The notes: a model not told the origin generated them from the letters alone. A stretch of 20,000 nt of DNA from an uncultured virus (IMG/VR IMGVR_UViG_3300020049_001894) (IMGVR_UViG_3300020049_001894); one strand, 5' to 3'. Counted from the first letter of the stretch, positions 6,788-15,838 are shown. Translations and numbers: made by a program.

Positions 6788-8619
6788 CCCATGACATCGT
6801 GTATGACGAGGAGGCTTTTCCCAACGTGTTCACTCTGGCCGCTGAACACGCGCACCTGCCTCTCAAGTGGGAGTTTGAGATTAGCCCGTGGCGCAATGAT
6901 TCCAAAGCCGTTATCGAGTGGGTGAACTGGCTCAGGATTAACAACGCCCGGATGATCGGATTCAACAATCAGGGGTTCGATTACCCCGTGCTTCACACTC
7001 TGATGCGCATGGGGTACAGCGATGCCGGGGCTCTGTACCAGAAGGCTATGCAGATTATCAACTCGCAAGACGGAGATGATCGGTGGATGCACTCTGTCAA
7101 GCCGTCCGATGTACTGGTGCCCCAGATCGACTTGTACAAGATTCACCACTTCGACAACAAGGCCCGGTCCACGAGTCTCAAGATGCTTGAGTTCAACATG
7201 AGGGCTGATAGCATCCAAGACCTGCCGTTTAAGGTGGGGACCGAGTTGACTCAGGATCAGCTACCCGTACTCAAGCGATACAACGCTCACGATGTCACCA
7301 TGACCAAGGCGTTCTACTTCAAGAGTCTGGACATGATCCGGTTCCGCGAGGAATTGACCCAGAAGTATCAGCGTGACTTCATGAATCACAACGATACCAA
7401 GATCGGTAAAGACTATTTCATCATGGAGTTGGAAAAGGCCGGGGTGCCGTGCTATGACTACGGCCCCGCTGGTCGCACACCTCGTCAGACCAAGAGAGCC
7501 CGCATTGCGCTGAATGATGCCATTCTCCCGTGGATCGCGTTTAAGAACCCTGAGTTCACTCGGGTGCTTAACTGGTTACGTGAACAGACGATCACCGAAA
7601 CCAAGGGTGTGTTCACCGACCTGATTGCCACAGTTAACGGGTTTGATTTTGTATTCGGCACTGGCGGTATTCACGGGTCTGTGAGTTCGGAGACTATCGA
7701 GAGCACGGACGAGATGGTGATCGTTGACATTGATGTGGAGTCGTACTACCCGAGTACCGCCATTGCCCAGCGGTTCAAGCCTGCACACTTCCCCGATTTG
7801 TTCTGCAATATTTATGCTGGATTGAAAGAGCAACGTAAGTCGCACAAGAAAGGGACCGCCGAGAATGCGATGCTCAAACTGGCGCTGAACGGCGTCTATG
7901 GGGACACGAACAATCAGTTCAGTGTGTTCTACGATCCACTCATGACCATGCAGATCACGCTCAATGGCCAACTGCTTCTGTGTAAGCTGGCCGAGAATCT
8001 GATGACGATCCCCGGACTCCGTATGGTGCAGGCCAACACTGATGGTCTGACTCTGCATGTACCCCGGATGTACATGGATCAGTTTGACCTAATCGTGTAT
8101 GCGTGGGAGGCAATGACGAACCTGAAAATGGAAAAGAACCTCTACGCCAAGATGTTCATCCGTGATGTGAATAACTACATCGCGGTGTATGAGAACGGCA
8201 AGGTCAAGCGCAAGGGTGCCTATGAGTACGATCAAGACTGGCACCAGAACCACGGCGGCCTAGTCATCGCCAAGGTGACAGAGCAGGTATTGGTTCACGG
8301 TGCCCCGATTCGTGAGACTGTGGAGCAGTGGCCCGACATCATGGACTTCATGCTCCGCACCAAGGTGCCCCGGTCCAGCTACCTCCAATGGGGCGAGGAT
8401 CAGGCTCAGAACATCTCACGCTACTACATCGCCAAGGAGGGCAAGCCTCTGTTCAAGTGGATGCCGCCTCTCAAGGGTAAGACCGAGTGGCGCAAGATTG
8501 CAGTAGAGTCTGGGTGGGGTGTTCAGGTGTGTAACGACATCGCTGATGCCGGGAAGCTGCCGATTGATTTTGAGTGGTATATACAAGAAGTGGAGAAACT
8601 ATGTCTGAGTGTGATGTGA
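6784..8619 (+). CDS. Family B DNA polymerase with N-terminal 3'-5' exonuclease
   Basis: ExoI YDEE, ExoII GFNNQGFDYPVL, ExoIII YNAHD; polymerase motifs DVESYYPS (DxxSxYPS), KLALNGVYG (KxxxNxxYG), ANTDG; later NNYIA and KRKG. Confidence 0.92.
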   Translation: MTHDIVYDEEAFPNVFTLAAEHAHLPLKWEFEISPWRNDSKAVIEWVNWLRINNARMIGFNNQGFDYPVLHTLMRMGYSDAGALYQKAMQIINSQDGDDRWMHSVKPSDVLVPQIDLYKIHHFDNKARSTSLKMLEFNMRADSIQDLPFKVGTELTQDQLPVLKRYNAHDVTMTKAFYFKSLDMIRFREELTQKYQRDFMNHNDTKIGKDYFIMELEKAGVPCYDYGPAGRTPRQTKRARIALNDAILPWIAFKNPEFTRVLNWLREQTITETKGVFTDLIATVNGFDFVFGTGGIHGSVSSETIESTDEMVIVDIDVESYYPSTAIAQRFKPAHFPDLFCNIYAGLKEQRKSHKKGTAENAMLKLALNGVYGDTNNQFSVFYDPLMTMQITLNGQLLLCKLAENLMTIPGLRMVQANTDGLTLHVPRMYMDQFDLIVYAWEAMTNLKMEKNLYAKMFIRDVNNYIAVYENGKVKRKGAYEYDQDWHQNHGGLVIAKVTEQVLVHGAPIRETVEQWPDIMDFMLRTKVPRSSYLQWGEDQAQNISRYYIAKEGKPLFKWMPPLKGKTEWRKIAVESGWGVQVCNDIADAGKLPIDFEWYIQEVEKLCLSVM

Positions 8620-8828
8620 AACCCTTAGCGGTGCAGGTCGGTGGAACCCACTACAAAGACCTCCCGATTCAACCAGTCGAGTACATCCACGCTAATGCGA
8701 TTGGGTACTTCGAGGGGAATGTGATCAAGTACGTTTCCCGCTGGCGCAAGAAAAACGGTGTCGCTGATCTGGAAAAGGCCAAGCACTACATTGAACTGTT
8801 AATCGAACTGGAGACACGCAATGCTTGA
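8601..8828 (+). CDS. DUF3310 family protein (T7 gp1.7-like putative nucleotide kinase)
   Basis: QVGGTHYK..IQPVEYI...GYFEGNVIKYVSRWRKKNGVADLEKAKHYIELL; GGAG RBS before ATG 8601. Confidence 0.88.
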   Translation: MSECDVKPLAVQVGGTHYKDLPIQPVEYIHANAIGYFEGNVIKYVSRWRKKNGVADLEKAKHYIELLIELETRNA

Positions 8829-9114
8829 AAAACAGATTGAAACCCGTGTCAAGGAGTACGCCCGGACTCTCGGATGCTTGGCCTACAAGTTCACCAGCCC
8901 CGGCCATGCCTTTGTGCCCGATGGTCTATTCATCGCGCCTAATGGACTGATGTGGTTCTGCGAGTTTAAGCGCGAGGGTGCCAAACCGACACCGGGACAA
9001 CTGCGTGAGCATGAACGGATGCGGGGGCACGGTGTCACGGTGTTCGTGGTGGACACCATGCAGATGGGCAAACGGATGGTTGACTCTATGGTGGAGCGTG
9101 ATGCTAACCCCTGA
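8821..9114 (+). CDS. VRR-NUC domain nuclease (putative Holliday junction resolvase)
   Basis: LEKQIE...YKFTSPG...VPD......FCEFKREGAKPTPGQ, PD-(D/E)XK motif. Confidence 0.9.
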   Translation: MLEKQIETRVKEYARTLGCLAYKFTSPGHAFVPDGLFIAPNGLMWFCEFKREGAKPTPGQLREHERMRGHGVTVFVVDTMQMGKRMVDSMVERDANP

Positions 9115-10507
9115 CCTCCTACACGCCTACCAGCAGAAGGCGGTTAACTTCCAAGCCACGCACCCTGAAACTATGTTATGGGTGTCAATGGGACTCGGCA
9201 AGACCGTCATCACACTGACCTCTATCGCACACCTGATCCGCACTCAGTATCTGAGGGGAGTTCTGATCGTGGCCCCCATCCGGGTTATCCGACTGGTCTG
9301 GAAACAGGAAGCCGCGAAATGGAGCCACACGGGACACCTGAAATTCAGTATGATCACGGGTACACGGGACCAGCGAACTCGGGCTCTACTTCGCCCTGCT
9401 GACATCTATCTCCTGAACTATGAAAACCTAGGCTGGATCGCGGAGACTCTGCACACCTACTTTATATCCAAGGGCAAAGAGATTCCGTTCAACGGCATCG
9501 TCTGGGATGAAGTGAGCAAGATGAAAAACAGTGCCACGCAGCGAGTCAAGTCGTTCAAGAAGGTCATTGACCACTTCATCTGGTCTACCGGACTCACGGG
9601 AACCCCGGCATCCAACGGGTACAAAGACCTGCATGGTCAGTATCTCGTGGTGGATAAGGGTGTGCGATTGGGTACGTCCAAGACCGCGTTTCGGCATCGG
9701 TTCTATAAGAAGGCGGGACCGTACAAAGAGGTTCCTTATGAGGACACTGAGACAACCATCAAGCAGTTGATCGGTGACATCACACTCGAAATGTCAGCGG
9801 AGGACTACAACCCATTGCCCGACCTGGTGGTGAACAACATCGAGATCGAGATGCCGAGCAACCTGCGGGACAAGTATGACCAGATGGAAAAGGAGTTTTT
9901 CCTGCTGCTGGACTCGGGCACCGAGGTGGAGATGTTCAACCAAGCATCCCTGACCAACAAGTGTCTGCAATTTTCCAACGGCGCAGTCTATCCGGTGCCC
10001 GGTATGCCTCTGTGGGAGCCGATACACGAGTTGAAGCTAGATGCCCTGGAGGAGATCATAGACGAGGCTCAGGGGAGCCCTGTGCTGTGTTGGTATCAGT
10101 ACAGAAGTGACGCGCAGCGGGTCATGGAGAAATTCAAGCACCTTGACCCAATCAACCTGACCGATTGCAAATCAGAGGCATCTCTGAACAATGCGATGTG
10201 GCGATGGAAGTCGGGTAATTGTCAGCTTATGATATCCCACCATCTATCAGCAGGACATGGGATCGATGGGCTACAGGACAATGGACACATTGTCGTTTGG
10301 TTTGGGATGACATGGAGTTTGGACGGGTACGACCAAGCAAACGCTCGCATACGCCGTCAGGGACAAGGTGTCCCCGTTGTCTGTCATCGGATACTGATGC
10401 GGGACACCCTGGATCAGGCTCAGGTGCTGGCGCTGGATGAAAAAGCGCAGACCCAAGCGGGTCTGCGTAACGCGATCAAGGAGTACCGTAGATCGCGGGG
10501 TCAATAG
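9101..10507 (+). CDS. SNF2-like superfamily 2 helicase; start reassigned to 9101
   Basis: LHAYQ, Walker A MGLGKT, motif II WDEVS, motif III LTGTP, SAGHGIDGLQ, motif VI QANARIRRQGQ; GGAG upstream of ATG 9101. Confidence 0.92.
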   Translation: MLTPDLLHAYQQKAVNFQATHPETMLWVSMGLGKTVITLTSIAHLIRTQYLRGVLIVAPIRVIRLVWKQEAAKWSHTGHLKFSMITGTRDQRTRALLRPADIYLLNYENLGWIAETLHTYFISKGKEIPFNGIVWDEVSKMKNSATQRVKSFKKVIDHFIWSTGLTGTPASNGYKDLHGQYLVVDKGVRLGTSKTAFRHRFYKKAGPYKEVPYEDTETTIKQLIGDITLEMSAEDYNPLPDLVVNNIEIEMPSNLRDKYDQMEKEFFLLLDSGTEVEMFNQASLTNKCLQFSNGAVYPVPGMPLWEPIHELKLDALEEIIDEAQGSPVLCWYQYRSDAQRVMEKFKHLDPINLTDCKSEASLNNAMWRWKSGNCQLMISHHLSAGHGIDGLQDNGHIVVWFGMTWSLDGYDQANARIRRQGQGVPVVCHRILMRDTLDQAQVLALDEKAQTQAGLRNAIKEYRRSRGQ

Positions 10508-10876
10508 TTACTTGGGTTTGCGGGAGTAGAACAGGGTCCGATCTCCGAACAGATAGAACCCGACTGCTCCCGCAAAGTTATCAACGGATGCGCTGTCCAT
10601 GTTGTTCAGTTTCATGTAAGCCCATGTGCCCAGCACCATGAGGCCAACACCCGGACGCATGAGGCGCACGATAGCCTCCACCCACGGGTATGAGGGATTC
10701 GTGCCCCCGGCGTCATTCATGGCCTTGAACATCTCAAGGTCAGTCTGACGCATCTTGGTATACTCGTCGATATTGACGGGCTTGTACACATCGGTCTGGA
10801 TGAACCGACCAATCAGGGATTTCCCTAGGTCTACCGCTAGGGGACCAAGAGCCGCGAGGATGGTTAATGGGTCCAT
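10508..10876 (-). CDS. Putative holin resembling the GTA 3TM holin family; start at ATG 10876
   Basis: Hydrophobic N-terminus, WV...MRP followed by a TM segment, GFYLFGDRT and basic C-terminus; TAATG overlap with the endolysin stop. Confidence 0.65.
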   Translation of the reverse strand: MDPLTILAALGPLAVDLGKSLIGRFIQTDVYKPVNIDEYTKMRQTDLEMFKAMNDAGGTNPSYPWVEAIVRLMRPGVGLMVLGTWAYMKLNNMDSASVDNFAGAVGFYLFGDRTLFYSRKPK

Positions 10877-11259
10877 TATGGGTACTTGCTCCAAGGTAGT
10901 TGAAAATGAGGACCGTCTTTGAAACTTGTCCAGTCACCACCCCATTCGATTGGGATGTTCATTTCAGCAGCGGTTTTCTTGATCACATCTGCGATCTGGT
11001 GATACAGGGGCCAATCCCACCGTAACTCTCCACCGACCAGTGCCCCTAGGTCTACGGCATGGCCGGTCAGATGCCGACTGTGCATCGTTTGGCTGGCACC
11101 AGCGGCCTTGAGTTGGGCTTGTCGCTCCTTGGTGCGTACACCCTCGATGACCATGAAGTCAATCGGACTCTGAGCGATGGCACGGGTCACAACGGCAGCC
11201 AGATCAGGGTGTACCCCGACCAGCTTGCTCATGGATGCCAGCGACAGTCGGAATGTCAT
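10876..11259 (-). CDS. Endolysin, peptidase M15 family (L-alanyl-D-glutamate peptidase-like)
   Basis: EGVRTKERQ, SRHLTGHAVD (SxHxxGxAxD), WGGDW, DGPHFQL zinc-peptidase motifs. Confidence 0.92.
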   Translation of the reverse strand: MTFRLSLASMSKLVGVHPDLAAVVTRAIAQSPIDFMVIEGVRTKERQAQLKAAGASQTMHSRHLTGHAVDLGALVGGELRWDWPLYHQIADVIKKTAAEMNIPIEWGGDWTSFKDGPHFQLPWSKYP

Positions 11260-11507
11260 TTGTCGGCCTTGTTGCTCAATAGATCATAGATTCTGTCTAT
11301 CTTGGCAAACAGTGCGATAGTAGTCCGGTCATAGTCGTCCTTTTTGACGTATGCCCCGGCAACCAGAACCTCGATTTCAGATATCTTGGCTGTCAGGTCT
11401 TTGTCAGCCTTTTGTAAGTCCTTCACGGCTTGCCACACCACATTCAGTAAGAACCCGATCAGGGCACCGAAACCGCTAAGAATCCAATTGATGATGACCT
11501 GATCCAT
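11256..11507 (-). CDS. Single-TM plus coiled-coil lysis-cassette protein (holin/antiholin-like)
   Basis: N-terminal TM (IINWILSGFGALIGFLLNVVW), coiled coil, C-terminal KADK; GAGG RBS; ATGA overlap with the endolysin. Confidence 0.65.
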   Translation of the reverse strand: MDQVIINWILSGFGALIGFLLNVVWQAVKDLQKADKDLTAKISEIEVLVAGAYVKKDDYDRTTIALFAKIDRIYDLLSNKADK

Positions 11508-11523
11508 GGTTACCTCTCTGTTG

Positions 11524-13311
11524 CTAATCCGCTAGGGCATTCTCATTCTGCCTAGATGATAGCGCATTGACTGTTGCCGCTCCGGGTGCAATACGTGTAG
11601 CCCGGACGAGTAGGGAAGGGTCTTTGTCAATCATCACTTTCAGAATCTTGTTGCGCTCCGACATCGGGATTGTATTAAACAAATCCTGTAGATTTTTTCC
11701 CGACTTCATGGCCTCTGTCAGAGCCTCAGTGGTCTTGCGGCTCAGTGCAGCTTCTGCCAGATCGAGCGCTTTCACGGTACCCGTGACCGTGCGATTCATC
11801 ACATTGGGAATCAGTTTGCGTAGCGATAGTGTGTCTTTGTCAAGGATTGCTGCCAGTTCGGTACTGCCCTCTTTGGCTGCTTTACCCATCTGGATATTGC
11901 GCTCAATCTCTTTCGCAGCCTTCACCACCGGCTCATACTGATGCGGGAGCAACTTGGACTCAATGTCCCCGAATGCAGGGTTGACCCCGGCACCCTTGAG
12001 TGCTGCATCCTCACCACGACCCAAGGCATTCAGGAACGGGGTTGCGCGTTCACCACCACCGGGTTTCTGTAAGATCGACGCAAGGTTGTTCAGGATATTG
12101 GATTGTTCAATGGGGCGTCCCATTGCGGCATGTTCAACCCGTGCAAGCTTGTACAATGGTGACACGCCCTGACTGGTAGCAGTGCCCTCAATCGCCTCTA
12201 GCAGACGGGTCCGAGCCTCCATGAGAGCCGACTTGTCCAGACTCTGGAGGGATGTCGGAAGAGTCGGGTTCTTGAGTTGCGCATCAATGGCGAGCTTCAT
12301 CGTGTGGAGTCCTTGCAGAGTCTCCATCGGATCACCGCCACCAGTCATACGAGCGCTGGCTGCTTTGGACGCCGCCTCGATTGCCGGGATACCCTTGAGC
12401 GCCTGTAATTCTGGACTGATCGCCTGCACTGGTACAGCGCCACCGGCACCACCGAATGCTGCGTTACGGGCTGACTGCTGCGCCAGAGCAGCTAGACGCT
12501 GGGCATCCGCGTCGAATGCCTTGCCGTAGTTCGCTGCCGAGAATGCCTTTTGGGCCGCTGTGGCAACATCCAGATCAGGAGCAGCGGCCTTCAATGCCGC
12601 CAGTCGTGCGGCTTCCTGCTGAATCAGTTGGTCGCTGAAATGGGTACTCGCCTTACGAGCAGCCAAGCCGCCCAGAGCCTGCATCGGAGGGACATTCACT
12701 CCCGCCTCTTGGATTGCTTGAGCCGCCGTGATATTCGATGGTGCGTTAGCGATTGCCTGTTGCACTTGAGGCAACTTGGCTCCCGCGACATCTCGGGCGA
12801 TCTTGGCCGCGTTCAGCTTGGCAAGAGACGGACCTACCAGACGATCCCCGACCCAGCCTACACCCTTAGCGATGGCGGGAGCAGCGATTCGCCCTACACC
12901 CTCCATCGTGGCACCTGTGGCTACGTCACCCACTGCCTGAGTGAGCCCTTCACCAGCCGACACAGGGGCGACGTTACCCAAGGCCACATCTGCCAGTCGG
13001 GTGATGCCTTTGCCGATACCGTAACCTAGGCCAGCACCCCCTACTGACCCGATAGGACCGCCAGCAGTACCAAGGACACCACCGGCTGCGCTGGCAAGTG
13101 CCTCCACGGGCAACCCCAGAGTCTCACGCAGCGCACCCATGACTCCATAGAAGTTTGGGTTCTCTCTGCCCCATTGGGGTATATCGGTGCCGAACTCCTG
13201 CTGTGGTTGAGCCGCGCGCTTCTTTGGTCTGGATGCGTCATCCCATTTGACGCTGGCGAGATCAATCTGTGGGGACTCGTCCCACTTAACATTGGCGAGG
13301 TCAATCGACAT
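11524..13311 (-). CDS. Large internal virion/DNA ejection protein (P22 gp16 position); probable start ATG 13311
   Basis: About 595 aa, Ala/Gly-rich and helical, with glycine-zipper hydrophobic segment (SAAGGVLGTAGGPIGSVGGAGLGYGIG); third in the ejection gene trio. Confidence 0.7.
   Translation of the reverse strand: MSIDLANVKWDESPQIDLASVKWDDASRPKKRAAQPQQEFGTDIPQWGRENPNFYGVMGALRETLGLPVEALASAAGGVLGTAGGPIGSVGGAGLGYGIGKGITRLADVALGNVAPVSAGEGLTQAVGDVATGATMEGVGRIAAPAIAKGVGWVGDRLVGPSLAKLNAAKIARDVAGAKLPQVQQAIANAPSNITAAQAIQEAGVNVPPMQALGGLAARKASTHFSDQLIQQEAARLAALKAAAPDLDVATAAQKAFSAANYGKAFDADAQRLAALAQQSARNAAFGGAGGAVPVQAISPELQALKGIPAIEAASKAASARMTGGGDPMETLQGLHTMKLAIDAQLKNPTLPTSLQSLDKSALMEARTRLLEAIEGTATSQGVSPLYKLARVEHAAMGRPIEQSNILNNLASILQKPGGGERATPFLNALGRGEDAALKGAGVNPAFGDIESKLLPHQYEPVVKAAKEIERNIQMGKAAKEGSTELAAILDKDTLSLRKLIPNVMNRTVTGTVKALDLAEAALSRKTTEALTEAMKSGKNLQDLFNTIPMSERNKILKVMIDKDPSLLVRATRIAPGAATVNALSSRQNENALAD
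13241..13305 (-). repeat. Imperfect 39-bp-period tandem duplication encoding IDLANVKWD / IDLASVKWD
   Basis: tcccatttgacgctggcgagatcaat (13241-13266) versus tcccacttaacattggcgaggtcaat (13280-13305). Confidence 0.85.
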
Positions 13312-14722
13312 AACCTGTGCTCCCGTCACTGTACTGAGCGACTCTGCGTCCGTCAGGTGCCGTACCTGTTCGGACTATTGTCTTACCAGTAGGTGCAGAC
13401 TTGATGCGCTGCTGAATCGCACGTTTCTCCTGATTCAGAATCTCCAGCCGTCCAGTCTCACCGGGCTTGGTGCGAGAGATTTCACGATTGATTGCAGCCA
13501 AGTCCTCACTGTCCCGATCCCCACCGCTGCTCTTTGCAGCAGGAGAGGATGGGGCTGGAGCATCCCTGCCTACAGGGCTAGACCTATATCCCTGATCCTC
13601 GCTGTAGGTGCTCTGTAGCGCCTCTTGTTCCCCGGCTGCAACGGCACGGAGTTGCTTGAGTTTCACCAATGCAGTCTTAGGGTCATCCTTTTCGGATGGG
13701 ATGAATGGGGCGAGTCGGGGGAACTCGCTTGCTGTCACAGCCGCACCGCTGCGATCATGCAGCTTTAGTGAGCCGATGTCGGCAATGACAGCACGGGTCT
13801 TGACACCCTCGGGGTATGCGCGATTGAGAACCTGTGTCGGTAGGTAGCCTTTCAAACCCGTGGCGTTCTTATCACCACCTTCAAGAGCGCCCGAGAGCAA
13901 CCCGATTGCTTTGTCAATCTGGTTCAAGCTCTGGTCATTCTTGATGATCGCGGTGTTGACATGCGGAGGGATCGGTTTCAGATTAGCACCCTTTGCTGCC
14001 TTCGCGTCAGCGGCCATATCCTGCCCCCGTGCCTGAACATTAGCACGCAACTGCGCATCAGGCGACACGCTGATTGCAGCCTCAGTACCCGGAATCACAG
14101 TAGCTTTACCCGTAGGTCCGATCTGGAGTTCGCGGATAGAACCGCCCAGGTTCTGGGAGATGTTCTGCGGTTTCAGGTCAGACGCAGACGCGCCATATTG
14201 TCGAAGTATGTTTGCTCGTTGCTCGGGCGATTTGGTCAAGAGAGCTTGAGCGTCGGTGTCGGCCAACTGTTTATCGTGGTCGTTGTAAAGAGGTGATCGC
14301 ATGACTTCATCGAGATGTGCCACAATTCGGGCATCGCTTGGGTCACTGGCAAGATTGCGAAGCCGCTGATACCTGTCCTCTTGCTTGAGCTTCTGCACCT
14401 CGAATGCCGATTTCTCAGTATCTCGGATGTCCTTGGACGCCTTAGCGTGAGACTCAGCCAGCTTGCGAGCCTGATCCAGAAACCCCCCTCGTGCGAGTTG
14501 GTTCACCTGATCCTCGATCTTCATGTCTGGAGCGAACCCGGACAATGTGGACCGTAGGCGGTTCTGTTCATCAATACCCCGGCGCATCTCGGCCATCTTC
14601 ATCTGACCGAGGGCGTTGTTCTGTTGGGCGGCTTGAATCTGCTGCATCTGGGCGAATGCATTCAAGGGGTTCGGGATGTCCACCCCTCGATAGCCCATAG
14701 CGATACTAGAGTCAATTGGCAT
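13301..14722 (-). CDS. Internal virion/DNA ejection protein (P22 gp20 position)
   Basis: 473 aa; Gln/Ala-rich N-terminus (MPIDSSIAMG...QMQQIQAAQQNNALGQMKM), GAAVTASEFPRLAPFIP segment; lies between gp7-like and gp16-position genes. Confidence 0.7.
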   Translation of the reverse strand: MPIDSSIAMGYRGVDIPNPLNAFAQMQQIQAAQQNNALGQMKMAEMRRGIDEQNRLRSTLSGFAPDMKIEDQVNQLARGGFLDQARKLAESHAKASKDIRDTEKSAFEVQKLKQEDRYQRLRNLASDPSDARIVAHLDEVMRSPLYNDHDKQLADTDAQALLTKSPEQRANILRQYGASASDLKPQNISQNLGGSIRELQIGPTGKATVIPGTEAAISVSPDAQLRANVQARGQDMAADAKAAKGANLKPIPPHVNTAIIKNDQSLNQIDKAIGLLSGALEGGDKNATGLKGYLPTQVLNRAYPEGVKTRAVIADIGSLKLHDRSGAAVTASEFPRLAPFIPSEKDDPKTALVKLKQLRAVAAGEQEALQSTYSEDQGYRSSPVGRDAPAPSSPAAKSSGGDRDSEDLAAINREISRTKPGETGRLEILNQEKRAIQQRIKSAPTGKTIVRTGTAPDGRRVAQYSDGSTGYVD

Positions 14723-14724
14723 GA

Positions 14725-15477
14725 TCAGCCCCCGTATCCATAGTCACTGTACAGGAACCCTCGATCTGAATTCCCCCCACCCGTGTAGCCGGTAGAGGGT
14801 TGGGTTCCGCGTAGAGCGTTCAGCATGTTCTGACCCTGGTTGTAATTCAGATACTGACTCAGGCCACCCGATAGCGCATTCGCAGTGCCCATGTACCCGG
14901 ATGCACGAGCATTGCCCGCGCCCATATAGTCCTGACCTGCCTGATTCGCGTAGTTCTGACCAGCAGAACCAATGAGGTTGGTGGAAGTCTGACCGGCATC
15001 CATGAGGCTTTGCAGTGGGTTCAATTGGTTGCTGCGGTTAGTCTGGTATCGGTTAAATGCGTTCATGTACTCTTGGGAGCCCATTTCCTGACCGTATCGA
15101 GTGGCAGCCTTGAGAGCAGCGCCCGAGATCAGCCCACCCCGAGCAGCGGCTTGACGGTCCAGACCTTTCAACCCCTCGGACAGACGAAACCCGTAGCCGG
15201 GGTCTTGCTGGAAATCCTCCATCCCGAAGTCACGACCATATTTACCGTAGCCTGCTGCACCAGCGTTCCCACCGATACCCAGAAGCTCCATGAGTCGGTT
15301 CTGACTCGTGATTCCTGCCTGACGGAAAGGCTCCTGATCTGCGCGTTGCTGGGCGTACTGGTCAGCCTGTAGCTGGGCTGCACGGTCTGCGGAGTCTGCT
15401 TGAGCACTAGCAGCCGAACGGGAGGACGACGCGCCAAGTAGGGCGCTTGCTCCCATGATTCCTTCCATGATGCCCAT
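14725..15477 (-). CDS. DNA transfer/ejection protein, P22 gp7-like
   Basis: Small-residue hydrophobic N-terminus, QEPFRQAG, DPGYGFRLSEG...AAARGGLISGAALKAATRYGQEMGSQEY, GNARASG; AAGGAG RBS. Confidence 0.82.
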   Translation of the reverse strand: MGIMEGIMGASALLGASSSRSAASAQADSADRAAQLQADQYAQQRADQEPFRQAGITSQNRLMELLGIGGNAGAAGYGKYGRDFGMEDFQQDPGYGFRLSEGLKGLDRQAAARGGLISGAALKAATRYGQEMGSQEYMNAFNRYQTNRSNQLNPLQSLMDAGQTSTNLIGSAGQNYANQAGQDYMGAGNARASGYMGTANALSGGLSQYLNYNQGQNMLNALRGTQPSTGYTGGGNSDRGFLYSDYGYGG

Positions 15478-15478
15478 G

Positions 15479-15838
15479 TCAATGCTCCTTTACGAGTGTG
15501 TTGCCACCCGTTCTAGTAAACCCTAATCGTTCCAGAATCCCGAACATGTGGTCATGCCCGGCAGCCACCTTGGTGAACACATTAGGGTGATTGAAAATCT
15601 CTTTGATGATCCCCTTGGTGGCCCAGCGTCCGCGCCACTCGGGTAGCACGGATACATGCACCTCCCCCTCTTTGAGATACACTGCCCCGATACCTTCACC
15701 ATCTCGCACAATCAATCGCACGTCCCAAGTATCCAACCGTCGCTCATATTCCGAGTAGTTGATAGGTTCGTTCCAATCCGTGGCTGCGTACCCAATGAGG
15801 ACAGCCAGCGCACGATTCGGAACAAGGCAGGTCGTCAT
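15479..15838 (-). CDS. GNAT-fold protein, P22 gp14/DUF2824-like virion assembly protein
   Basis: EVHVSVLPEWRGRW and ILERLGF GNAT-like motifs; immediately upstream of the gp7-like gene. Confidence 0.75.
   Translation of the reverse strand: MTTCLVPNRALAVLIGYAATDWNEPINYSEYERRLDTWDVRLIVRDGEGIGAVYLKEGEVHVSVLPEWRGRWATKGIIKEIFNHPNVFTKVAAGHDHMFGILERLGFTRTGGNTLVKEH

Noticed and set aside
6562..8058. Long antisense ORFs (218 aa and 160 aa) over the polymerase
   Set aside because: Expected shadows of biased codon usage; no motifs or RBS.
8601..8828. DUF3310 plus PolB as a modified-base (e.g. Z-DNA or 7-deazaguanine) pathway
   Set aside because: No PurZ, DatZ, Que/Dpd, thymidylate-synthase-like or glycosyltransferase genes in the window.
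8978..9100. N-terminal extension of the helicase given in the ORF track
   Set aside because: Overlaps VRR-NUC and reads as non-protein-like; ATG 9101 has an RBS and directly precedes the LHAYQ motif.
10740..10940. 66-aa nested minus-strand ORF as an embedded Rz1-like spanin
   Set aside because: No signal peptide or lipobox cysteine near its N-terminus; the sequence is hydrophilic.
15479..15838. GNAT protein as a toxin or DNA-modification enzyme
   Set aside because: Its position immediately before the gp7-like gene matches the routine gp14-like virion assembly protein.
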